Source of the DNA: an uncultured Dehalococcoidales bacterium | GTDB taxonomy: Bacteria > Chloroflexota > Dehalococcoidia > GIF9 > UBA5629 | Direction: 5' to 3' | Length of the DNA: 49,904 bases | Assembly (NCBI GenBank): GCA_964509615.1 | Contig: CAZDXZ010000002.1 | Location: 1 to 49,904, forward strand | Shown here: in pieces, positions 1 to 9,048 of the stretch | Layout of the letters: every line of letters begins with the position of its first letter | Position numbering within the stretch: the first letter of the stretch is position 1 | Translations under genes and position numbers: made by a program | The notes under the pieces: generated by a model | Seen by the model: the letters and a program-made list of their open reading frames with translations, nothing else | Told to the model about the DNA's origin: nothing | Databases searched by the model: none

Positions 1-130
1 CGGCCGTATAATATTATCGCAAGCACCGCTCCTAATCAACATGTCTTTGCAACATCTCACAGCGATGGTACAATGGTCGCACGGCATATACCGGACGGTT
101 TTTAAAGCAAAACGAGCAGGGGGAAGCAAA

Positions 131-1030
131 ATGAGTACAGGGTTTACAGGCTATTTCCACAATGCGCCGGAGGTATCGCCCCTGAAAAAAGCGCTGCTGA
201 TCATTCTGGCGATACTGCTGATTAGTTCCCTTGTTTTGTTCGGACCGGTACTGGGGCTGCAGCAAACCGTTTTCAATCCCGATCACGTAGCTTCCTATGT
301 TTATGATCTGGATGTCGCGGCCATGATAAACAGCTGGCTCAAGGAGAGTATAGCTCCTAATAATCCCGTTCTGGCCAAATCCGCCGAGCTGGCGGTAATC
401 AACTTCGAGCCGCAAATAAAAGGCACTATGTACTCCGGTGTGCGGAATATGTATGCATATATTCTAGAGAGTCTAAAGCGGGGCAAATTGCTGGAGACTT
501 TAGCTGCGCAGAAACCGGCGGTGGACAACCTGTCCGCTCATATACAGGCTTTGATGGACCTGCCCGTCCTCAGTCCCCTGTTTCAGATGCTGGGCGTCAA
601 TGCGGACTCGATTTTTAAAAACGTAGACGCCGCGCAGATAAACGGCCTTTTCGACATGCTCGGGCAGCTGGCTGCGCTCAAATCATTTATCGTTGTCCTC
701 ATGTCCAGTCTGGTGCCTCTGTTAATACTCATCATCGCGCTGATCGTTGGCATTGTTTTCTTAGCGCGCAGGGCCGGATTCATTCTGGGTGAACTGGGCC
801 TGATCACAATCATCAGCGGAGCCCTTCAATTCATCATCACCCTGCCCGCCTTCAGCCTGGGACAGTCGCTGACATCACAGTTCAACCTGCCTCCGCTGAT
901 CAAAGACTGGCTGATGAGACTGGTTCAGGATTTCAACGGTATTGTCATGATATACGGAGGCGCCCTGCTGCTGGCCGGTCTCGTCCTTATCGCAATATAT
1001 TATTCTCTGAAGAATGCCAGACAGGGGTAG
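131..1030 (+). CDS. hypothetical integral membrane protein (N-terminal TM anchor, soluble middle region, 3-4 C-terminal TM helices)
   Basis: ORF 41..1030. I prefer the internal ATG at 131 because GGGGGA lies about 7 nt upstream and there is no RBS before 41. Hydrophobic runs: LLIILAILLISSLVLF, FIVVLMSSLVPLLILIIALIVGIVFL, LGLITIISGALQFIITLPAF, IYGGALLLAGLVLIAIYY. No catalytic motif recognised. Confidence 0.5.
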   Translation: MSTGFTGYFHNAPEVSPLKKALLIILAILLISSLVLFGPVLGLQQTVFNPDHVASYVYDLDVAAMINSWLKESIAPNNPVLAKSAELAVINFEPQIKGTMYSGVRNMYAYILESLKRGKLLETLAAQKPAVDNLSAHIQALMDLPVLSPLFQMLGVNADSIFKNVDAAQINGLFDMLGQLAALKSFIVVLMSSLVPLLILIIALIVGIVFLARRAGFILGELGLITIISGALQFIITLPAFSLGQSLTSQFNLPPLIKDWLMRLVQDFNGIVMIYGGALLLAGLVLIAIYYSLKNARQG

Positions 1031-1040
1031 TATCCGTATA

Positions 1041-1550
1041 CTAAAGGAAACGCTCAAAGCGTTCTTTCTTGGCTTTACAGATCGGACATATCTCAGGAGG
1101 CCCGTCGCGGGCGCAGAGATACCCGCATACCTTGCAGCGCCAGACGGGCATCGGCAGCTGTAGGGGTCCCGCTAAGGCCGGAGCCGCAGCTTTGCGGCGA
1201 AGAGAGCGCGGCGGGCGCCTCTCGGGAATCGCACTCAGTTCCTGCTTTCCGTCCAGCACGTTCTGAGAGACGTACAGTGCACAGTAGCAGGCCCCGTATT
1301 CGACCACATCCTGGTCCCTGTAATCGCAGGGACAGATAATATCCAGGTCCTCTTCCTTTTTACCGCTTGCCAGACGGCAGGGACACGACTGGTATCCGTA
1401 ACGCGCCTGGTTGACCAGCAAACCGCTCACCAGGCCGCGGGCAAAATCTGCGTCAGGATTAATATGATAACCGCCCGCTTCAGCATCTTTTTTGCATCTC
1501 AGATAGTCTTTCTCGATCTCATCCGGGGCGATGGTTTCATCCGCACTCAC
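1041..1550 (-). CDS. ferredoxin:thioredoxin/disulfide reductase catalytic-subunit-like protein fused to a C-terminal rubredoxin-like Zn/Fe ribbon
   Basis: Cys pattern CPC-x14-CPC-x12-CYC resembles the FTR catalytic CPC..CPC..CHC signature. C-terminal [20 protein letters not shown] is a CxxC..CxxC rubredoxin/rubrerythrin-type knuckle. The GTG start overlaps the stop of the upstream grx-like gene (GTGA). Confidence 0.75.
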   Translation of the reverse strand: MSADETIAPDEIEKDYLRCKKDAEAGGYHINPDADFARGLVSGLLVNQARYGYQSCPCRLASGKKEEDLDIICPCDYRDQDVVEYGACYCALYVSQNVLDGKQELSAIPERRPPRSLRRKAAAPALAGPLQLPMPVWRCKVCGYLCARDGPPEICPICKAKKERFERFL

Positions 1551-1828
1551 AGCTTAAGGGCCTCCCTGATCTCTTTCTCCTTAAAGCCGACAATGCACTT
1601 GCTGTCATTTACCACCAGCGTCGGAAAAGAGCTGTCCGGATTCCATTTCTCAACCATGGCGATGGTCTGCTCCTTCTCCTGTCCCTGAAGCAGATCAACG
1701 AACACATAGTCGTACTCGATACCCAGATCGGTCAGCAACTGCTTGGTTTTCCGGCACCAGATGCACGTACTCAGTGCATAAAGCATCAACTTGCCCGCAT
1801 TCTTGCCAGCCACATGCTCGATAGCCAT
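1547..1828 (-). CDS. glutaredoxin-like / NrdH-like small thiol-disulfide oxidoreductase (CIWC active site)
   Basis: [29 protein letters not shown] is a thioredoxin fold with a CxxC. ORF-track start is 1849, but the ATG at 1828 is preceded by GAGGAGAGG at about 6 nt, so it is chosen. Confidence 0.75.
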   Translation of the reverse strand: MAIEHVAGKNAGKLMLYALSTCIWCRKTKQLLTDLGIEYDYVFVDLLQGQEKEQTIAMVEKWNPDSSFPTLVVNDSKCIVGFKEKEIREALKL

Positions 1829-1924
1829 AATAACCTCTCCTCGATTCACCCATCCGGATTAAATCATTTTTGCGCTTTAACGAATAATACTTAATTATTG
1901 TGGCACAGGCAAATTAGGCTGACT

Positions 1925-1954
1925 TTGACACAGCCTGCCGTCACTCTGTAATAT
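1925..1954 (+). promoter_or_regulatory. sigma70-like promoter candidate for the isochorismatase-family gene
   Basis: TTGACA (1925-1930), 18-nt spacer, TAATAT (1949-1954), about 38 nt upstream of ATG 1992. The -35 lies inside the inverted repeat AGGCTG-n9-CAGCCT. Confidence 0.35.
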
Positions 1955-1991
1955 CAAATGGTATTCTCTTTATCGAGGAGGTCTGACCGGT

Positions 1992-2567
1992 ATGGACAAG
2001 TTCAAGATCAACGCGGTCGATGCGGTTTTCCTGCTGATCGACTTTCAGAGCAACCTTGCAGTAGCGATGAAAAAGGACGTTTACAGCAACTGCGAAAACA
2101 ACGTTGATCTCATTATCAAATCATGTGAAACGATGAAGGTGCCTGTAATCGTAACCGAGCAATACAGCAAGGGACTGGGCAATACCGTCGACCCCATCAA
2201 GTCCAGCCTTAAGGAACACTACAGGCCGATCGATAAGCTCACCTTCAGCTGCTGGGGCGATCAGGCTTTCCGGGACAGCTTTAAGCAATTAAATAAGAAA
2301 TATGTTCTGGTGTCCGGTATCGAGGCGCATGTATGTGTGCTGCAGTCGGTGATTGACCTGCTGGAACAGGGCTACTACGTGCATGTCGTCAGCGATACAG
2401 TGTGCTCAAGGTATAAAACCGACTGGAAGAAAGCGCTGAAACTGATGAGGGACGCGGGCGCCGTAATCACCACCACCGAGATAGCGGTCTTCCAGCTGCT
2501 GCAGAGGGCCGGCATACCTGAGTTCAAAGTTATCTCGCCACTATTTAAAAACAAGGTGCTCAAATAA
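1992..2567 (+). CDS. isochorismatase-family cysteine hydrolase
   Basis: 191 aa. Fold pattern LLIDFQ..., VIVTEQ, LVSGIEAHVCVLQSV (catalytic Cys in the xxHVCV motif). RBS GAGGAGG upstream. Confidence 0.8.
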   Translation: MDKFKINAVDAVFLLIDFQSNLAVAMKKDVYSNCENNVDLIIKSCETMKVPVIVTEQYSKGLGNTVDPIKSSLKEHYRPIDKLTFSCWGDQAFRDSFKQLNKKYVLVSGIEAHVCVLQSVIDLLEQGYYVHVVSDTVCSRYKTDWKKALKLMRDAGAVITTTEIAVFQLLQRAGIPEFKVISPLFKNKVLK

Positions 2568-2651
2568 TACTGCTGATACGCCTTTTTCAGTGCAGTATAT
2601 GTTAAAATAGGGGCGGTTAACATTAACTCCTGAAGGATATGGATTGAAGAT

Positions 2652-2834
2652 ATGAAAGAATCGATAATGGAGATTATCGTCTGCCCGGTCTGCAAAGGGC
2701 CGCTCAACCTCAAGGTCGATGAAAGGAACGATAGCGAGATAACTACGGGCTCTCTCTACTGCGCCAAGTGCAACTACACGTATCTTATCAAGGACAGCAT
2801 ACCCAACCTGCTTCCGCCCGATATGAATGCCTGA
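2652..2834 (+). CDS. Trm112-family small zinc-ribbon protein
   Basis: 60 aa. CPVCKGPL...LYCAKCNYTYLIKDSIPNLLP is the typical Trm112/UPF0434 pattern. The start may be the ATG at 2667. Confidence 0.7.
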   Translation: MKESIMEIIVCPVCKGPLNLKVDERNDSEITTGSLYCAKCNYTYLIKDSIPNLLPPDMNA

Positions 2835-2838
2835 GATA

Positions 2839-3207
2839 TCATCCCGGGCGGTAAAGGGCGCATGACTCGGGCGATTCCCAGACCTCCACACTGTCAAGAT
2901 CGACCTTTCCGGCCAGGTCAGGCTTCAACGCATCATAGACGGTTGACGCAATATGCTCCGCCGACGGGTTGATCCGGTCGAAGGGCTCTATATCATTAAG
3001 ACACTGATGATCGTACCTGTCTGTCACCTTCCCCACCTGCTTTTTTAATACGGTGAAATCATAGGCCAGTCCCGCCTGGTTTAGTTTGCGGGATACCAGT
3101 CTCACAACTACTTTATACCTGTGCCCGTGCAGTTTCTCACACTTGCCCCGGTAGCCGCGCAGGAAATGCGCGGCATCAAAATGCGTTTCCACCGAGATAA
3201 TATACAT
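2839..3207 (-). CDS. queD: 6-pyruvoyl-tetrahydropterin synthase family protein (QueD / PTPS-III type)
   Basis: 122 aa. HFDAAHFL and the GKCEKLHGH (Cx3HGH) motif, ...DHQCLND. Last gene of a tightly packed folP-folK operon, so the symbol queD is family-level only. Confidence 0.8.
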   Translation of the reverse strand: MYIISVETHFDAAHFLRGYRGKCEKLHGHRYKVVVRLVSRKLNQAGLAYDFTVLKKQVGKVTDRYDHQCLNDIEPFDRINPSAEHIASTVYDALKPDLAGKVDLDSVEVWESPESCALYRPG

Positions 3208-3209
3208 AT

Positions 3210-3713
3210 TCAGTCCTTCCCTCCCCCCTTATTGCTCTCCCATTTCTCTATCCTCAAGCCTGGCTTCAGTCCGGCCAATAATTCTCCAATAGTCTTATGT
3301 AAAACGGGATGTACAAAATCGGGCGCCACATCCGCCATCGGCATAAGTACAAAAGCCCTTATGTGCGCGCGCGGATGAGGGACCTCCAGGCCGGGTTGTT
3401 TAATTATATCGCTTCCGAAAAAAAGCAGGTCGAGGTCAATAGGGCGCGGTGCGCCGGAGAAAGTGCGCTCTCGCCCCATCCTTTTCTCTATCCCATTCAA
3501 TAGCTTCAATAACTCCTGCGCGGTGCGGTCTGTATCGATGCAAGCCACGCCGTTCAGAAAATCAGGTTGATCCTTAAATACCTCGGGTTCGCTCAGATAA
3601 AGCGGGGAGATTTCTGCGATAAGTACCTTTTGCGATAGCATATCGAGAGCCTTGTTCAGATTGGCCTCCCTGTCACCCAGATTGGATCCCAGGCCGATGT
3701 ATGCCACGGTCAT
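3210..3713 (-). CDS. folK: 2-amino-4-hydroxy-6-hydroxymethyldihydropteridine pyrophosphokinase (HPPK)
   Basis: AYIGLGSNLGDR N-terminus, RPIDLDLLFFG, VPHPR motifs. The start overlaps the folP stop (ATGA). Confidence 0.9.
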   Translation of the reverse strand: MTVAYIGLGSNLGDREANLNKALDMLSQKVLIAEISPLYLSEPEVFKDQPDFLNGVACIDTDRTAQELLKLLNGIEKRMGRERTFSGAPRPIDLDLLFFGSDIIKQPGLEVPHPRAHIRAFVLMPMADVAPDFVHPVLHKTIGELLAGLKPGLRIEKWESNKGGGKD

Positions 3714-4543
3714 TTCCCGATATCCCTTTCCAGTATGGCATCACTCATCCGGCAGACCAGCTTCATCTGTCTCACATCATGCACCCTTACCAGGTCGGCG
3801 CCCCGCATGATACCTATTGCCAGCGAGGCCGCCGTGCCCATGAAACGCTCCTCCTGCGTTGATCCGACAGTAGCAGCGATAAAGGACTTGCGCGAGGTCC
3901 CCAGCAATAGCGGATAGCCGAGAACCTTTATCTCATCCAGCCTCCTGATTATCTCCAGGTTCTGTTCCACTGTCTTGCCGAATCCCACGCCCGGATCGAT
4001 TATGATATTCTCCGGCCTGACGCCGCAGGCCACGCAGCGATCAGTAAGATCCTTCAGCTGTAGCTTCACCGAGGCCAAAATATCGCTCGCCATTTTGCCC
4101 CTCTGATTGCTGGTCAATACGATAGTCACCTGTTTTTCGGCTGCCAGCCCGGCTATGCCGGATTCCACGCTGGAGCCGGAGATATCGTTGATGATGACGG
4201 CCCCTGCATCCAGCGCCCTGGCTGCGACCTCATACTTATACGTGTCGATGCTTACCGGAACGCCAATGTCTTTTGAAATACTGCCGATAAAAGGTATGAC
4301 GCGCCTTATCTCGTCATCCGCGGATACAGGATTGGAATCCGGTCTTGTTGACTCGCCGCCGACGTCGATAATATCAGCCCCTTCCTGCACCATCCTGTAC
4401 GCCCTCCGTCGGGCCTCATCTATCGATTCAAGCCCATCGCCCGAAAATGAATCGGGTGAAAGGTTAATGATCCCCATAATATAGGTGCGGTCACCCCACC
4501 TGAATGCACTGTCTCCGCAGCGCATCATTGCCTGTGAGCACAT
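3710..4543 (-). CDS. folP: dihydropteroate synthase
   Basis: IMGIINLSPDSFSGDG, GADIIDVGGESTRP, IIDPGVGFGK, LLGTSRKSFI pterin-binding signature. Exact start uncertain (several Met near the N-terminus). Confidence 0.9.
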   Translation of the reverse strand: MCSQAMMRCGDSAFRWGDRTYIMGIINLSPDSFSGDGLESIDEARRRAYRMVQEGADIIDVGGESTRPDSNPVSADDEIRRVIPFIGSISKDIGVPVSIDTYKYEVAARALDAGAVIINDISGSSVESGIAGLAAEKQVTIVLTSNQRGKMASDILASVKLQLKDLTDRCVACGVRPENIIIDPGVGFGKTVEQNLEIIRRLDEIKVLGYPLLLGTSRKSFIAATVGSTQEERFMGTAASLAIGIMRGADLVRVHDVRQMKLVCRMSDAILERDIGK

Positions 4544-4734
4544 GGTCAGTCAAACTCCATTTTCTTATAGCCTGCAATATCAGGTGCCTGCTTGATAATC
4601 ATTTCCTCTATAGATGTACGTGTATTTTACCATTTGCCGCCGGTACGGTGACGGGCCCTTATCCAAATGCAGTGCAACTATGCTAAAATGTTCACTCTGA
4701 TATCCTGCATTTTGTCCCGCCTCGGAGTTGACAC

Positions 4735-5988
4735 ATGGGTAAAACTATCAGTGAAAAGATCCTGAGCAGCAAATCCGGCAGCGATGCGCGGGCCGGGGAC
4801 ATCGTCATATCCTCCGTCGACCTGGTATTCGTGCAGGACACAACAGGCCCGCTCACCATAAGACAGTTCAAATTGGGCAAGAAGCAGACGCTGGCTTCAC
4901 CCTCAAGGACCGCCCTTTTCATCGACCATGCCAGCCCCAGCCCTAGCCGGCAGCTCTCGAATGATCATACTTTCATCAGGGAATTCGCCTCCGAGACAGG
5001 CTGCCTGCTGTTCGACGCCGGCTGCGGCGTATGCCACCAGATCGTAGCTGAAAAGCTGGCCCGCCCGGGCGATGTCATCGTGGGCGCTGATTCTCACACG
5101 GTAACGGCCGGCGCTCTGGGAGCTTTCGCGACCGGAATGGGTTCGAGCGATGTAGCGGTAGCCATGTCACTGGGCAAGACCTGGTTCAGGGTGCCGGAGA
5201 CAATACGCATCGAGGTAACAGGAAAGTTCTGCAGGGGCGTGGGCGCCAAGGACCTCATCCTGCACCTGATCGGACTGATGGGAGCGGACGGAGCTACCTA
5301 TAAAGCCCTGGAATTTACGGGAAATGCGGTCGATTCCATGCCCATGTGGCAGAGGCTGACGGTCTCCAACATGGCCATAGAAGCGGGCGCCAAGGTAGGG
5401 CTTTTCCCCTCCGATCGCATCACGCGCGAATACCTGAAGAAGCAGGGACGGGGAAATGATTACGCCGCTGTCGCGGCAGACTCCGATGCAGCTTACGAGC
5501 GCACCATCAAAGTCGAGGCGAGCAGTCTGGAGCCAACGGTGGCAAGACCCCACACGGTTGATAATACGGCAACTGCCAAATCACTGAGCGATATCAAGGT
5601 CAACCAGGTGTTCATCGGCACCTGCACCAACGGCCGGCTGGAGGACATGGCTGAAGCGTCCTCGATGCTTAAGCATAAGAAGATACACGCGGGGGTCAGA
5701 CTGATTGTGTGCCCGGCCTCACGGCAAATTTACTCCGACGCCATCAAGGCCGGTTTTATCCAGACCATCATCGAGGCCGGCGGCATTATCCTGCCCCCAG
5801 GATGCGCCGGATGCCTGGGATTGCACCAGGGCGCCCTGGGTGATAACGAGATATGCCTGTCCACCGCCAACCGCAACTTCAAAGGGCGTATGGGCAATCC
5901 CGAGGGTCTCATATACCTTGCCAGCACCGCTACGGCCGCAGCATCGGCCCTTACGGGCAGAATAACCGATCCAAGGGAGGTGCTGTGA
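4735..5988 (+). CDS. leuC: aconitase-superfamily dehydratase large subunit (3-isopropylmalate dehydratase / homoaconitase LeuC-HacA type)
   Basis: 417 aa. MGKTISEKIL N-terminus, VGADSHT, IGTCTNGRLED, PGCAGCLG Fe-S ligand motifs. The stop overlaps the small-subunit ATG (GTGATG). The substrate could be isopropylmalate, homocitrate or citrate. Confidence 0.85.
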   Translation: MGKTISEKILSSKSGSDARAGDIVISSVDLVFVQDTTGPLTIRQFKLGKKQTLASPSRTALFIDHASPSPSRQLSNDHTFIREFASETGCLLFDAGCGVCHQIVAEKLARPGDVIVGADSHTVTAGALGAFATGMGSSDVAVAMSLGKTWFRVPETIRIEVTGKFCRGVGAKDLILHLIGLMGADGATYKALEFTGNAVDSMPMWQRLTVSNMAIEAGAKVGLFPSDRITREYLKKQGRGNDYAAVAADSDAAYERTIKVEASSLEPTVARPHTVDNTATAKSLSDIKVNQVFIGTCTNGRLEDMAEASSMLKHKKIHAGVRLIVCPASRQIYSDAIKAGFIQTIIEAGGIILPPGCAGCLGLHQGALGDNEICLSTANRNFKGRMGNPEGLIYLASTATAAASALTGRITDPREVL

Positions 5989-6494
5989 TGGGACCGACCA
6001 CTGTCAAGGGCAGAGCGTTTAAATTCGGCAATGATATATCCACCGACCTGATCATCGCGGGAAAATATGCTCACCTGCGCAGTAACCTGCCCGAGCTGGC
6101 CAAACATGCCATGGAAGATGCCAATCCGGACTTCGTTAAACTGGTAAAGCCGGGGGATTTCATCGTGGCCGGCTCCAACTTCGGCCTTGGTTCCAGCCGC
6201 GAACACGCGCCGCTGGTGATAAAAATGGCGGGAGTAAGCGCCATTCTGGCCAAATCATTCGCGCGCATTTTCTTCCGCAATGCAATCAACCAGGGCCTGC
6301 CTGCACTGATATGCCCGACAGACGGTATCGCAGACGGCGATAACCTCGAAATAAGCCTTGATGAGGGCATTATCCGCAATGTCACCAGGAACGAAACCTA
6401 CAAGTTCACAAGGATACCCCCCGCCATGCTGAATATTTTAAACGAGGGCGGACTGATCCCTTATATCAATAAACACGGCGACCTGAAGCTATGA
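5988..6494 (+). CDS. leuD: aconitase-superfamily dehydratase small subunit (LeuD-HacB type)
   Basis: The track ORF starts at 5853 inside leuC. The ATG at 5988 (MGPTTVKGRAFKFGNDISTD) is the natural start. GSNFGLGSSREHAP motif. Confidence 0.85.
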   Translation: MGPTTVKGRAFKFGNDISTDLIIAGKYAHLRSNLPELAKHAMEDANPDFVKLVKPGDFIVAGSNFGLGSSREHAPLVIKMAGVSAILAKSFARIFFRNAINQGLPALICPTDGIADGDNLEISLDEGIIRNVTRNETYKFTRIPPAMLNILNEGGLIPYINKHGDLKL

Positions 6495-6516
6495 ACAAGA
6501 GGTTTGCTTAATAAAA

Positions 6517-7599
6517 ATGACTTATCGTATTACATTGATACCCGGAGACGGCATCGGCCCGGAGATCACCAGGGCTACCGTCAGCGTACTGGAGGCCACC
6601 GGAATCAAATTCGACTGGGAGGTCCATACCGTGGGCGAGGCCGCCGTCGAAAAGTACGGTACTCCGCTACCTGAGGCGACACTCGAGTCCATCCGGAAAA
6701 ACAGGATCGCGCTTAAGGGGCCCGTGACCACGCCCATCGGCAAGGGATTTCGCAGCGTGAATGTAGCGCTGCGCAAGCAGCTCGACCTCTACGTCTGCCT
6801 GCGACCTTGCAAGAGTTATCCCGGCGTGGTGACCACATTGTACAGGGACATAGACCTGGTGATCGTCAGGGAGAATACCGAGGACCTATACATCGGCATT
6901 GAGTTCGCCAGGGGCACTGACGAAGCCGCCAAACTCTATGACATGATAATGCAGAGTTACAAAGGCAACCTGGATAGAAATTCAGGTTTCAGCATCAAGG
7001 CCATCTCGGAGCAGGGCACACGGCGCATTGTTAAATACGCCTTCGACTATGCCCGTAAATACGGGCGCAAAAAGGTATCGGCCGTGACCAAGGCCAATAT
7101 CCTCAAGTATACCGACGGCCTGTTCCTCTCGACTGCCAGGGAGGTGGCCAGAGAATATCCCGAGGTAGAGTATGAAGAGGTCCTGGTCGATGCCCTGTGT
7201 ATGCAGCTCGTTCGCAATCCACAGCGCTTCGACACACTGGTGCTTCCCAACCTCTACGGCGATATTATTTCAGACCTGTGCGCGGGGCTGGTGGGCGGAC
7301 TGGGCCTGGCTCCAGGCGCCAATATCGGCGACGGACTCGCTATATTCGAGCCAACCCATGGAAGCGCACCCAAATACACCGGATTAAACAAGGTGAGCCC
7401 TATGGCGCAGATGCTGTCAGCTGTGCTCATGCTGAGATACCTGGATGAGACTTCCGCAGCCGACCGGATGGAAGCCGCCATCAGCGCCGTTATAGCCGAG
7501 GGCAAAAACGTTACCTACGACCTGCGCCGGGACCGCAACGAGCCGAGTGCAGGAACATCCCAGGTCGCGGAAGCGGTTATAGAAAAGCTCAAAAAGTAA
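6517..7599 (+). CDS. isocitrate / isopropylmalate dehydrogenase family protein (resembles NAD-type isocitrate or homoisocitrate dehydrogenases)
   Basis: 360 aa. IPGDGIGPEI, GFRSVNVALRKQLDLYVCLRP, VIVRENTEDLY, NLYGDIISDL, HGSAPK motifs of beta-decarboxylating dehydrogenases. Confidence 0.85.
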   Translation: MTYRITLIPGDGIGPEITRATVSVLEATGIKFDWEVHTVGEAAVEKYGTPLPEATLESIRKNRIALKGPVTTPIGKGFRSVNVALRKQLDLYVCLRPCKSYPGVVTTLYRDIDLVIVRENTEDLYIGIEFARGTDEAAKLYDMIMQSYKGNLDRNSGFSIKAISEQGTRRIVKYAFDYARKYGRKKVSAVTKANILKYTDGLFLSTAREVAREYPEVEYEEVLVDALCMQLVRNPQRFDTLVLPNLYGDIISDLCAGLVGGLGLAPGANIGDGLAIFEPTHGSAPKYTGLNKVSPMAQMLSAVLMLRYLDETSAADRMEAAISAVIAEGKNVTYDLRRDRNEPSAGTSQVAEAVIEKLKK

Positions 7600-7645
7600 T
7601 ATAATCAGCACGATAATATCTTGCCGGCCCCCGTTTGAGGGTATT

Positions 7646-8491
7646 ATGCGAAAAATCCAGTGCCGCACTATAACGGAGACCATCGCTTCGCTTTTTCAGG
7701 ATGCCTGCATTCACCTTCCCCCTGATGTTATTGCCTCTTTGCGGCGCGCGGCCATAGTCGAGAGATCCCCTCTGGGCAGGGAGACCCTTAAATCGGTGCT
7801 GGAGAACATCGCCGTGGCTGAAGGTCACCTTCTACCTGTCTGCCAGGATACGGGCACAGCGGTGGTTTTCATGGAGCTGGGCCAGGATGTCCATATCGCA
7901 GGCGGCGATCTGACGGAGGCGGTCAATCTTGGAGTGCAAAAAGGATATGCTCTGGGCTATCTGCGCAAATCGATGGTGCACAGGCCTTTCTCAGCCAGGA
8001 AGAATACCGGAGACAACACTCCGGCCGTTATTTATAGCGAGATCGTTCCCGGCGATAAGCTGCGCATACGCGTTATGCCCAAGGGAGGAGGTGCGGAAAA
8101 CTGCTCCAGGCTGACGGTTATGCCCCCCGCACTGGGCCACGAAGGCATCATAGAGTACGTGGTCAGCCTGGTGGACGAGTGTGGAAGCAACGCCTGCCCC
8201 CCATTGATACTCGGTATCGGTATAGGCGGGACGACCGAACATACCATGCTGCTGGCCAAGAAAGCCCTGCTCCGCAAGACCGGATCGCATAATCCAGACC
8301 CCGAGATAAAAGAGCTTGAAAAGAGAATATTGACGGAAGTGAACAGACTGGGCATCGGTCCCATGGGGTACGGCGGCAGCGTAACGGCGCTGGCCGCGCA
8401 TATCGAAGTATTCCCCTCCCACATTGCCAGCATGCCGGTGGCGGTAAATATGCAGTGCTGGTGCTCGCGGCACAGGGAAGCGGTGCTTTAA
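7646..8491 (+). CDS. class I (Fe-S) fumarate hydratase / tartrate dehydratase alpha subunit
   Basis: 281 aa. PVCQDTGTAVVF, GIGIGGT, MGYGG motifs of the Fe-S hydro-lyase alpha domain. Confidence 0.85.
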   Translation: MRKIQCRTITETIASLFQDACIHLPPDVIASLRRAAIVERSPLGRETLKSVLENIAVAEGHLLPVCQDTGTAVVFMELGQDVHIAGGDLTEAVNLGVQKGYALGYLRKSMVHRPFSARKNTGDNTPAVIYSEIVPGDKLRIRVMPKGGGAENCSRLTVMPPALGHEGIIEYVVSLVDECGSNACPPLILGIGIGGTTEHTMLLAKKALLRKTGSHNPDPEIKELEKRILTEVNRLGIGPMGYGGSVTALAAHIEVFPSHIASMPVAVNMQCWCSRHREAVL

Positions 8492-8493
8492 TA

Positions 8494-9048
8494 ATGAAGG
8501 TTAAACGCATTGCCCTGCCTATTTCTGATAAGGCTATTCGATCGCTGAAATGCGGCGACAGCATATTATTGACGGGCAGTATGCTGACCGCGCGCGATGC
8601 TTCGCACAAAAGGATCACAGAGGCCCTGTCAACGGGAACAGCCCTGCCTTTTAAGCTGGCCGGCCAGACCGTGTACTACACAGGCCCCACGCCGGCACGT
8701 CCGGGCCGTATCGTGGGCTCTGCGGGACCTACCACGAGCAGCCGCATGGACAAATATACGCCAGTGTTGCTGGAGCACGGGCTGAGATGCATGATAGGCA
8801 AGGGCAAGAGGTCCGCCGCAGTTAAGAGGAAGATGCTGAAATCCCGGGCCATATATATGGCTGCCGTGGGCGGTGCAGGCGCCCTGCTTTCCCGCTCTAT
8901 TAAAAAAATCGAACCTGTTGCCTACCCCGAACTGGGAGCAGAGGCTGTATACAGGCTTGAGGTTGAGGACTTTCCTGCCGTGGTGATAAACGACATCTAT
9001 GGGGGGGACCTTTACGAGAGCGGCCAGGCCGCTTATAGATTAGCCTGA
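8494..9048 (+). CDS. class I fumarate hydratase / tartrate dehydratase beta subunit
   Basis: The track ORF starts at 8455 inside the alpha gene. The ATG at 8494 follows the alpha stop by 2 nt. LLTGSMLTARDASHKRI and GPTTSSRMD motifs. Confidence 0.85.
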   Translation: MKVKRIALPISDKAIRSLKCGDSILLTGSMLTARDASHKRITEALSTGTALPFKLAGQTVYYTGPTPARPGRIVGSAGPTTSSRMDKYTPVLLEHGLRCMIGKGKRSAAVKRKMLKSRAIYMAAVGGAGALLSRSIKKIEPVAYPELGAEAVYRLEVEDFPAVVINDIYGGDLYESGQAAYRLA

